Below are positions 1-8,220 of a stretch of 15,828 nucleotides of DNA, one piece after another. The first letter of the stretch is position 1; every line of letters begins with the position of its first letter. Origin of the DNA: an uncultured Methanosarcinaceae archaeon (GTDB taxonomy: Archaea > Halobacteriota > Methanosarcinia > Methanosarcinales > Methanosarcinaceae). The notes beneath the pieces are model-generated. The model did not search any database. It worked only from the letters and a program-made list of their open reading frames with translations, and was not told the DNA's origin. A program made the position numbers and the translations under genes. The stretch covers positions 1 through 15,828 of the forward strand of contig CAVRJG010000010.1 in NCBI GenBank assembly GCA_963721455.1. The letters run 5' to 3'.

Positions 1-198
1 AATGTATTGCTGAATCATTGGAGAAGAATAAGAACAACAAATATGATGGAGAGAACTAACAAGGAGATAAAAAGAAGAAGCAAGGTAGTAAGGGCATTCC
101 CGAATCAAGAGGCAGTATTGAGACTATCAGTCTCAATACTGATTGATATTAATGAAGAATGGATTACAGGAAATAAGTATATAGTAATGGAACAGTAA
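1..198 (+). CDS. IS256-family (mutator-type) transposase, C-terminal part; runs off the left edge
   Basis: HWRRIRTTNMMERTNKEIKRRSKVVRAFPN matches the IS256 C-terminal signature (IRTTNxxERxNxEIKRRxxxxxxFPN); stop at 196-198. Confidence 0.93.
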   Translation, partial: NVLLNHWRRIRTTNMMERTNKEIKRRSKVVRAFPNQEAVLRLSVSILIDINEEWITGNKYIVMEQ

Positions 199-230
199 TC
201 AAAAAAGAAGAATAAAAGGGTATAGAGAGA

Positions 231-257
231 ATTTTACAGAAATTAAGGCACACTGCC
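231..257 (+). mobile_element. Right terminal inverted repeat of the IS256 element
   Basis: ATTTTACAGAAATTAAGGCACACTGCC lies 33 bp after the transposase stop. Its reverse complement GGCAGTGT...TTCTGTAAAAT has the IS256-type end layout. Confidence 0.75.
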
Positions 258-495
258 CCTGATAAACTATTAATTCTGTACGCAGAATAATCCTGTAGAA
301 AATCAGATTAGGAGCTAACAGAGAGCAGGCAGAGAAATCCAGTAATCCCCCAAAATTACTCCATTTTACTTTTATCTCGAGAAATGATTTTAAATTACAG
401 ACCTATTCAAGCAATAATCTAGGAACTAATGAGCTTGAGATCACATTCTATTGTACTTGGTTTGTTAGACCCTATCAAAGACATTTTAGGAGAGA

Positions 496-1179
496 ATGAT
501 GAGAATAAAAATTTGCGGTATTAAAAGGGTTGAAGATGCTATTATGGCTACATACTGTGGAGCTGATTCAATTGGACTAGTAGTAGGGCAAAAACATAAT
601 TCTGATGACTTTATTGACAAACATTTAGCCAAAAAAATAGTTAAAGAGTGCCCACCTTATATTTCGCCAGTTCTAGTTACAGAATTGGATGATGCTGAAG
701 AAATCTCTAACCTAGCACATGAGATAGGTGCTACTTCTATCCAATTGCATTCTGATTGTTCAGTTGATAGTATCATATCAATACGTAAAAGCCTTCCTCA
801 TGTAAAATTAATCAAAAATTTTCATGTTAAAGGGTTAGAAATTATTCACGCTATGAAACCCTTCGAATCTGTGGTAGATGCTTTCATCTTGGATACTCTC
901 GATTTAGCTAATGATAAAGTAGGTTCAACAGGTTTAGTCCATGATTGGAACATTAGTAGAGACATCGTTAAAGAGGTCTCACGACCAGTGATCTTAGCAG
1001 GAGGTCTGACTCCAGAAAATATTAGAGAGGCTATACAGTTTGTAAGGCCATATGGTGTAGACGCCAGTTCTGGGCTTAAAGACTCTGATGGCTTCAAAGA
1101 TGAAATGAAAGTGATTAATTTCGTATATCGTGCAAAACACGAATTTTTTAAGGTCAGAAATTTACCTTTAAAGAACTAA
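496..1179 (+). CDS. trpF: Phosphoribosylanthranilate isomerase (TrpF/PRAI) family protein, stand-alone
   Basis: Motifs RIKICGI (catalytic Cys), QLH, FILD (catalytic Asp), GSTGLVHDW, ILAGGLTPENI, GVDASSG. Shine-Dalgarno (SD) AGGAG at 488-492 favours the second ATG at 499. Confidence 0.9.
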   Translation: MMRIKICGIKRVEDAIMATYCGADSIGLVVGQKHNSDDFIDKHLAKKIVKECPPYISPVLVTELDDAEEISNLAHEIGATSIQLHSDCSVDSIISIRKSLPHVKLIKNFHVKGLEIIHAMKPFESVVDAFILDTLDLANDKVGSTGLVHDWNISRDIVKEVSRPVILAGGLTPENIREAIQFVRPYGVDASSGLKDSDGFKDEMKVINFVYRAKHEFFKVRNLPLKN

Positions 1180-1192
1180 TTCCAGAATTTTA

Positions 1193-1243
1193 GAGTTAGG
1201 ATTCGGATTCGAACCCACGAATACCTTGAGAACGGACATTAAG
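1193..1243 (-). pseudogene. Degenerate 3' half of a long-variable-arm tRNA, probably tRNA-Leu(TAA)
   Basis: The minus strand reads CTTAATGTCCGTTCTCAAGGTATTCGTGGGTTCGAATCCGAATCC: an anticodon-loop-like CTTAA, a long variable region and a GGTTCGAATCC T-arm. There is no D-arm or paired acceptor stem. Confidence 0.55.
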
Positions 1244-1289
1244 AAAACGATCTATGCTCTCTATTCTTGAAAACCAAAAAGGAAAATTT

Positions 1290-1316
1290 GGCAGTGTATC
1301 AAAAGTTCTGTAAAAT
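1290..1316 (+). mobile_element. Orphan IS256-type terminal inverted repeat
   Basis: GGCAGTGTATCAAAAGTTCTGTAAAAT matches the reverse complement of 231-257 at 22 of 27 positions; no transposase follows. Confidence 0.7.
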
Positions 1317-2216
1317 CTGAATTACTCAGCATTATTTTTTCGCAAAAAATAGATTTATCGTTTTTACAACTGCAAGGTTTTACCTTAAAACCTGACTGTT
1401 TTGCCGCTGCAACTTTTACTTCAATTGACTCCGCAAAAGCAGAACGGGCATTAACAGCTGTTGCAAAGTAAGGACGAAAGGACGACCCAAGTTAGATAGG
1501 TTTTCTACAAAGCCAGAAAAACAAAAAGAGCTAATTTTTGAGGACTACTGCATTAGTAGAGTATTTGCGAGTAATCCTCAAAGTTAACCAACCAACAAAT
1601 AGCGATTTAAACGCTAAGGACGGCGATATATGCCACTCACTATTAAGTGTTGAAAATATTTATATGTAACTCTAAAAAGTTTTACATTGTTGTATCCTGA
1701 AATGATTTCGACTATTAAAATATTAAGCATATGTTGCAGAACTGGGAAAATACATAGGTTTTATGTTATAACCTATGGAGTTCTAAAAGTTTCAGATTTC
1801 TGAAAAATTACAAAATACCTCTAGTATGCAGAACTAACATAACTTTGCTAAAATCCGTAATACAAAAAATGTTATTTCTGTTTTATTGTCTGATTATTAT
1901 AATGAAAATTGCCAATTTCAAGGCTGATTTTTCCACAATTGCCTATGTGTTTGTTTTCTCGATCATTACATATTGCATAGGAATATGCTTGTTTGCTTCT
2001 GCTAATACCCCATCAAATGCAAAAATCCTACTAGAAACACATAGGTACTTTTCTCGGAGTCTCTTGGTGGCGAAAAATAAAGTATTTTTGATTTGTATAA
2101 AATTCATTCATATTGAACTTACAAAACTTCCGAAGTAAGAGTTTCAGGATAAAAAAGGAAAATAAAAAAGGAAAATTTTTAAGCACTAAATTTATTTTAG
2201 TTATGGGGTTGAATAT

Positions 2217-3336
2217 TTGATAGATCAAAAGTTGATTATTCTAGAAGAATACAAACATGATCAGCATAATTATGAAGAATTTACAAAAAAAATACATAAA
2301 CTAATTGAATCCCTTCTAACTGAAAGTAACATTAGAGTTCACTCATTAGATAAACGGACAAAGGATGTAAAAAGCTTAGAAGGAAAACTAAAGCGTAAAG
2401 GTGACTCTTATAATAAACTAGCAGGTATTTACAGATTTGTCTGGAATTAGAATTATTTGTTATTTATTAACAGAAATTGAAGAAACAGCTAATGTCATTG
2501 AGCAAAATTTTACAATACTTCGTGACTTGTCTGTGGACAAAAAGAAACTGTTAGATCCTGATAAATTTGGATATCTATCACTACACTACATTGTAAAACT
2601 TTCTGAAAGCAGAAACAATTTAGCAGAATACCGAAAATATAAAGACTTTGTATGTGAAATACAAATTCGTACAATTTTGCAACATTCTTGGGCAGAAATT
2701 GAACACGATATAGGCTATAAGTCAGCTTTTGAGATTCCTAGAGATATAAAAAGAAGATTTTTTAGGTTGTCTAGCATTCTCGAATTAGCTGATGACGAAT
2801 TTATAAACCTAAAAACAGAAATTGAACGTTATTCAAGAGAACTAAACAGTCAAGCTATTGAAACGAACAATGAAATTTACATAGATGCTGTTTCTTTAGA
2901 TAAATATCTTTCAACAAATTTAACTATCCAAAAACTAAATAAAAATATTTCAAAAATATGGGATGTCGTTTATACAGACATTATATATTCATATAGAACA
3001 GATCTGCGAATATTATCGTACTTTGGCATAAATAAAATACATGAACGAAATAATTAATTATAGAAAACGAAGATAAAATAATGTTTTTTGCAAGAACTTG
3101 GAGAAAAAAGAAAAAACTGACATTCAAGTTATCTAATTTTGAGAAAGATATTTCAATTCTTTACTTAGGCGATATATTAATATGGGATAAAGGAGGAGAT
3201 TGTTATAACTAAATATTTACTTCATTTAACAAATCTTGAATATCATGAAGTTGCTAACTTCCATCGTTACAGAGACTGGGCTCAGGAAATAAAAGATTGT
3301 TATGAAGAATACGGAAGAAACTTAGCAATTAGCTAA
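2217..3336 (+). pseudogene. RelA/SpoT-domain small alarmone synthetase ((p)ppGpp synthetase-like), frameshifted
   Basis: ORFs 2217-2450 and 2437-3057 join if one T is removed at ~2428-2430, giving KLAGITDLSGIRII. Synthetase motifs: RTKDVKSLEGKLKRK, DLSGIRII, GYLSLHYIV, EIQIRTILQHSWAEIEHDIGYK. A protein-like tail continues across two further shifts (~3050 and ~3200) to TAA at 3334-3336. Confidence 0.85.
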
Positions 3337-3754
3337 AATTAATATTTTTAATTCATAAGTTCAAAGGAAAACGTCACCAAATACTGAAATTTATCCCAGA
3401 CTACGTAGACCACACATTACTAGTAGTTGTATTATTTAGCTTCGTGACCATAGGTTACAATGTAAGATCTTTGTTTCCAAAAAACTCTAGTTTTTAGGAT
3501 GCTAAAAAATCCGAACGTTTTCGTATAGAAGGTTCGTATTTTAGGAGAAAACCACTAATTTTTTCTATCATTATTTTGAATATTTTTTAATAAACATGAA
3601 CTTTTTAGTTTTGTTCGTATTCTTTTTCTCATAGAATATGCCACAATTCTCGAGTTTACGAAATCATATCAGGATAAAATAGTGAAATTATAAACCAGGG
3701 ATGAGAACCTATCCCATCCCCGTATTCAGCGTAGATAACGCGAATATTTCGATA

Positions 3755-3770
3755 ACGAAAAAGAAGAGTT
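3755..3770 (-). terminator. Probable oligo-T archaeal terminator of the frh operon
   Basis: Minus-strand CTCTTCTTTTTCG directly after the frhB stop; a GGGATG/CATCCC inverted repeat lies at 3698-3720. Confidence 0.4.
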
Positions 3771-4645
3771 TTAGGCGTAGGGATCCCTTAGCGCCTTGTT
3801 GACGCCGAAGGTCTTGCGCTCCTCGACCGTCTTCCGGTTCTTGTCGATCTTCTCCTTCGCGAGCTTCGTGACGAGCTCGAGGCCGGGCTTGACCTCCTCG
3901 ATGGGCTTCGTCTCGAACATGCCCGCGGCGATCGCCTTTGACCAGATGTCGTTCCCCTTCTTGGTGCGGACGAAGACCGTGGACCAGCCGTCGGGCTTCC
4001 GACCGAGCCGGTCGAGATGTCGGCGAGGTTGGAGACATAGTCGAGGCAGACGTGGCAGCCGGGCTGCTCGTACTTGTGGGTGACCTTGAGGGGCAGGCTG
4101 GCGACGTTCCCGCGCTCGGTGTAGACCCAGAACTTGCCCTTCCCGATGTCCATCTTCTTCACGGAGCTGAGGCTCTGGCCCGCGTGGTCCTCGACAATGG
4201 CCTGTATGGACTTGTACGGGAAGTTCTCCATGCAGAAGAGCCCTACTGCTGAGGGCGATCTTGTCCGGGACATCCCGCATGTTGATGGGATAGAGCTGAG
4301 CCTTCCTGACCGCCTGCATCTGGCAGCAGACGCCGGTGACCCCGACCTTGTCGAGGCCGAAGGACCGGGTCGCCTCCTTGAGCCAGGAGATCTGGGGGCT
4401 GATGTTGTACTTCGTTCCTCGGGCCTTGAGAATGTCCTCGCGGCTCATTGCGACGAACGGCCTGGGCTGCCAGGGCGGTCACCCTCGCCTGCCACAATGG
4501 CCCCGTCGATGATCCCCTGTTCGAGGGCATAGACCATGAGAGTGGTGGCGATGCCGCCGTCCTGTGCCTTCTGGAGGATCTCCTTGTCCGTGCTCCGTGC
4601 CGAGACGCAGGTTATGTATTTGCCGAGATATGGATCTGCAATCAT
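3771..4645 (-). pseudogene. frhB: Coenzyme F420-reducing hydrogenase subunit beta, three frameshifts
   Basis: [10 protein letters not shown] start at 4645 with SD GAGGTG. Motifs [33 protein letters not shown] and [10 protein letters not shown] are spread over separate reading-frame segments. Indels: -1 at ~4474, +1 at ~4249, -1 at ~3994. Repair gives 291 aa. Confidence 0.93.
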
Positions 4646-4655
4646 CTCTCTCACC

Positions 4656-5520
4656 TCACTTAAGCGCTTCAGCGATTATCTCGTTGATGCTCTCGAATTC
4701 ATCAATCACGTCGAAGTTGAAGAACGACCTCGGGCAGGCGCCGTAGCAGGAGCCGCACTTGATGCAGAGGTCACGCTCACCCTGCGGCTTTCCGAACTCG
4801 TGGGTGATCGCCCGCACTGGGCAGGACGCAGCGCAGGTGCCGCAGCCCATGCAGAGGCCCTGGTTGATCACGTCGTTCATCAGGTCGCAGAAGCACCCTG
4901 TCGTGCCTCGCTTCGCAAGGTCCATGAGGGGCTTTAAGTACTTGCCCGCAAGGGCTTTCTGGTCCTCGTTCCCCTGCAGGAGCAGGTAAGCCATGACAGC
5001 AACGTTCCTTATGAGCTCCGGGCTCGGGGGGCATCCGGGGATGTAGACATCCACGTCGATGAGATCCCCGATGGGGAGGAAGGACTCGTGCTGGGGCTGG
5101 TTGTGCTGCCCGCCGCGGCAGAACCGGGTGATGTTCCCGTAGCTCGCGCAGGAGCCGAGGGCCACCACGATCTTGGACTTCCTCCGCGTCTCCTTGATCT
5201 CCTCCACCGATTCATGGTCCTGGATGCAGACCGATCCCTCGACGAGCGCCACATCCATCTCTGGGATATGCCGGACGTCGGCGAGCGTGAGGCCGTAGAC
5301 GAGGTCGGCGTAGTCGTCCAGGATCTTGATGAGTCCCAAGTTAGTTATCGGCCAAGGACACAAGGCAGCCGGTACAGCCGCTCATGTGTACATGCCCGAG
5401 CTTGATCTTATTTGCCACTGGTTTTGTCTCCTTTGTAGCTTCCACCTTTTTCTCCATCGCAACCTGAGCAGGCTTTGCTTCCACGCCCGTGGTTTTCTTG
5501 ATGGAGTTAAGCAGTTCCAT
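4656..5520 (-). pseudogene. frhG: Coenzyme F420-reducing hydrogenase subunit gamma, one frameshift
   Basis: ATG at 5520 reads MELLNSIKK...ANKIKLGHVHMSGCTGCLVSLADN, then TAA caused by one extra base at ~5341. Repair gives ADNYLGLIKILDD (287 aa). Motifs EGSVC, GSCA, PGCPP, CMGCGTCAASC, CIKCGSCYGAC. Confidence 0.93.
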
Positions 5521-5986
5521 AGTTTATTCCGATTTCGTTCAGTATCTCGGATACAGCGTCTGGAATGGATCTCTGTACCTCGTCTGTAATCCCGATGACC
5601 ATCTCGGGGGCAGAAACGTACTTCTTCTGGCATGCAAGAACCCGAATCCGGATATCGTCCTTGATGCACTGGAGCGGCTCGGTCAGATCCCAGGAGTGGG
5701 CGTCCCGGTAGCTCCCCACGGGGAGCTCGTCAACGGAGAGCCACCTGAGCTCGCCGGGTTCCCCTCCGAAGTCCGCGATGTCCACGATGATAAGAGTCTT
5801 CGTGGACTCGGGATCGAGGAGGGTAAAGACGAAATGGGGGCCCCCGAGCCCCGCGTCAACGACCGTGACGTTCTCGGGGAGTTCTAGGTCCTTGAGACTC
5901 TCCACGACTGCGGGTCCGAACCCATCGTCCGCATAAAGCGGGTTGCCGCAGCCTGCCACCACGATCTCGGAGTACAGCGTTTCCAT
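5507..5986 (-). CDS. frhD: Hydrogenase maturation endopeptidase FrhD
   Basis: METLYSEIVVAGCGNPLYADDGFG, VVDAG, IIVD, DAHSW. ATG at 5986 with SD GGTGA; lies between frhA and frhG. The longer track ORF to 6070 overlaps frhA. Confidence 0.93.
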   Translation of the reverse strand: METLYSEIVVAGCGNPLYADDGFGPAVVESLKDLELPENVTVVDAGLGGPHFVFTLLDPESTKTLIIVDIADFGGEPGELRWLSVDELPVGSYRDAHSWDLTEPLQCIKDDIRIRVLACQKKYVSAPEMVIGITDEVQRSIPDAVSEILNEIGINYGTA

Positions 5987-5991
5987 TCCCT

Positions 5992-7362
5992 TCACCACTG
6001 GAGGAGCTTCTGTGCGACTATCTTGTTCTTCTCGTCCACCACGATCATGTGGGTTGCGCACGAGACACACGGGTCATAGGCCCGGACGACCATCTCGGCG
6101 ATCTGCCAGGGCGCTCCAGTCAGGCCGCGGCTGCAGGTCGGGAGGTTCCAGGTGGTGGGCACAAGCATCTCGTACCACAGCACCCGCCCGTCCTTGACCC
6201 GTGCGAGGTGGACATCGGTCCCTCGCGGGGCCTCGTTAGCGGCCCAGCCCATAGACCCGTCTCCCTGGGGGATGAAGTCGGCGAGTACCTTGCCCGAGGT
6301 ATCCAGGTTGTCAAGGCACTTGAGGATGGTGTAGCAGCAGTCGGGGTACTCCATCTGCCTGGCGATGTGCTGGGCGAAGGTACCCCTCTCGGTGAAGTTC
6401 TTGAAGGTGGCGAGCCTTGCCCTCGGGCCGACCTCAACCGGCTGGCCGTCGTAGGTGGGAACACCGTTGCAGGCCTCCATCTGGGGGTTGGCCCTGGTGC
6501 CGGCCTTCGTGGTGCCACCGATTGGGTAGCTCGGGTCCTCAAGATCGATGGTTACCTCACCCATGTACCAGTCCCATGGCCGGGTCTCCTTCCACCGGGC
6601 GATGTCCCACATGGGTTTCTCGTCCAGACTGGATGAGCCGTACATCGGGGATGTGGCCATGACCCCCAGGTCGTGGTACCCAAGTGTCTTGGGAATCGGG
6701 ATCTGCTTGCCCGCGACTTCGGTGAACCCCCGGTTCTGCATGTCCCTTATGACCTCAAGCATGAACTCCATCTGCTCGTGGGCAAGGACGAGACCTTCTT
6801 TCGCCAGGTCTGCCATCTTCTGCTTTGCCAGGGGGCTCACGTTGCTGTACATCCCGCCGACCCTCGGGTTGGAGGGGTGGATAGCCTCGCCGCCCGCGAT
6901 GGCTCCAATGGTCTGTCCGATCTCGCGGATGCGGAAGATCCTCGCCGCAACGCTCCTGAAAGGCTCCTCCTTGGCGAACGGGTTGATCTTCGTCTCCGTC
7001 CCAGGGATGTAAAAGTCCGGGAGGATCAGGATGTTGTGCAGGGCGATGCTGTGGAGACGGTTTGCGGCATGGAGAATGACCCGCAGGAGCTTTGCGTCAG
7101 TGGGGATCTCGCAGCCGATCGAGGCCTCCATGGCCTCGGTGCTCGCCAGGGTGTGGGCGATGGGACAGATACCGCAGACCCGAGAGGCAATCTTCGGGAC
7201 CTGTTCCATCGTCTTACCTATGGCGAGCTTCTCAATACCCCTGACCGGGGTGATGGAGAGCCAGTCTCCTCGCTCGACGATGCCCTGATCATCTACCTTC
7301 ATGGTGAGCTTGGAGTGGCCTTCATGTCTCGTGGTTGGAGAGATTTCTACAACTTTCGTCAA
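5992..7362 (-). CDS. frhA: Coenzyme F420-reducing [NiFe] hydrogenase subunit alpha (group 3a)
   Basis: 456 aa with a TTG start. TRHEGH, L1 motif RVCGICPIAH, EVGPRAR, EAPRG, VPTTWN, L2 motif DPCVSCATH (Cys, not Sec), followed by a cleavable C-terminal tail. Confidence 0.97.
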   Translation of the reverse strand: MTKVVEISPTTRHEGHSKLTMKVDDQGIVERGDWLSITPVRGIEKLAIGKTMEQVPKIASRVCGICPIAHTLASTEAMEASIGCEIPTDAKLLRVILHAANRLHSIALHNILILPDFYIPGTETKINPFAKEEPFRSVAARIFRIREIGQTIGAIAGGEAIHPSNPRVGGMYSNVSPLAKQKMADLAKEGLVLAHEQMEFMLEVIRDMQNRGFTEVAGKQIPIPKTLGYHDLGVMATSPMYGSSSLDEKPMWDIARWKETRPWDWYMGEVTIDLEDPSYPIGGTTKAGTRANPQMEACNGVPTYDGQPVEVGPRARLATFKNFTERGTFAQHIARQMEYPDCCYTILKCLDNLDTSGKVLADFIPQGDGSMGWAANEAPRGTDVHLARVKDGRVLWYEMLVPTTWNLPTCSRGLTGAPWQIAEMVVRAYDPCVSCATHMIVVDEKNKIVAQKLLQW

Positions 7363-7545
7363 TGGTATGCCTCGTTTTCGATTCGGTGTTCTTCAGACTG
7401 TACCGTGGTTAAGGCACTCTCTGTGCGATTATTCTAAGATAATTCCCCGTACATAAAGTATGTTAACCCCTTACTTTCTCCAGCGCGTAGTGCCTCAGTA
7501 TATTAATGTTTAACTTATAATAAAAAAGAGTTGAAAACGCGATAT

Positions 7546-7560
7546 TATATAAATTCTCTT
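7546..7560 (-). promoter_or_regulatory. Candidate BRE and TATA box for frhADGB
   Basis: Minus-strand AAGAGAA-TTTATATA about 185 bp upstream of frhA; other AT-rich candidates exist nearby. Confidence 0.45.
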
Positions 7561-7656
7561 CTCTATAAAGAAAGCTAATAATATAAGAATTATATATTTC
7601 AATTTTATAATTAACTTTTTATATTAATTTTTCTCTTTCTATGATAAAAAAAATCT

Positions 7657-8070
7657 GGTTCCGTTGCAAAAATTTCAAAATAAGCATATAAATCTATGAA
7701 TAATGAATTAAAAGCAAAAGATCCAAGGGAAATATACAAACATTACAACACTATATCAAATAATTGATTAATATATTTGACTTCATTAAAAACAGAGTAA
7801 TTTAAATTATTGACTTGTCTTTTTTAACCATATTCGTAGTTAACCATCTTCATAGCTTCAATTCCTTTTAAAGTCTTACTAGCAGAGCGAAAAGACTGAA
7901 AGCCTAGCATTGGAGCAATTATCCGCTTTATAGACCTGTAATCTTGTTCTACAATGTTATTCAAATATTTGACTTGTCTAATTTCAACATTTTTAGACAA
8001 CTTTTTTTCATTTTTCAATTCATTTATGGCTATCGGATAAGCTGCATTTTTATCAACGGTTATTACTCTC
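7657..8070 (-). mobile_element. IS6-family remnant: right IR plus 3' part of a broken DDE transposase
   Basis: IR GGTTCCGTTGCAAA at 7657-7670 (compare IS26 GGCACTGTTGCAAA). Protein motifs PRVITVDKNAAYP, KYLNNIVEQDYRSIKR, LGFQSFRSASKTLKGIEAM. The original C-terminus (NEVKYINQLFDIVL*, stop 7743-7745) is detached. Confidence 0.88.
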
Positions 8071-8220
8071 GGTTGTGGTGCAAAAAATCTAGCTTTGTTG
8101 CAAAATCAGTGTAAACCTTCATAATTCGGAAAGTTAATCATTCTCATCACCGGGAAAAAGGTACACAAAGGTAAGAATTATAGTATCAAACTGCGGAAAT
8201 ATTATTTTTGCACCACAACC
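8071..8220. mobile_element. 150-bp MITE-like element with perfect 16-bp terminal inverted repeats
   Basis: GGTTGTGGTGCAAAAA (8071-8086) and TTTTTGCACCACAACC (8205-8220). It abuts truncated genes on both sides; no target-site duplication is seen. Confidence 0.7.

Noticed and set aside
429-524. 31-aa ORF overlapping the trpF start (MSLRSHSIVLGLLDP...)
   Set aside because: No Trp codons, so not an attenuator leader. It may be the tail of a lost gene but cannot be supported.
1845-2228. ORFs 1845-2138 (+) and 2031-2228 (-) as a possible antitoxin for the alarmone synthetase
   Set aside because: No SD, no motifs, and composition typical of AT-rich non-coding or decayed DNA.
5340-5345. Recoding (Sec, Pyl or programmed frameshifting) as an explanation for the frh breaks
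   Set aside because: The frhG stop is TAA created by an indel. No slippery heptamers are present at the four sites, and FrhA uses Cys ligands.
3709-7437. Many overlapping ORFs on both strands across the frh operon (e.g. 6049-6636 +, 6673-7437 +, 6120-6542 -)
   Set aside because: Shadow frames of GC-rich coding DNA with no recognisable motifs; the real frames are frhADGB.
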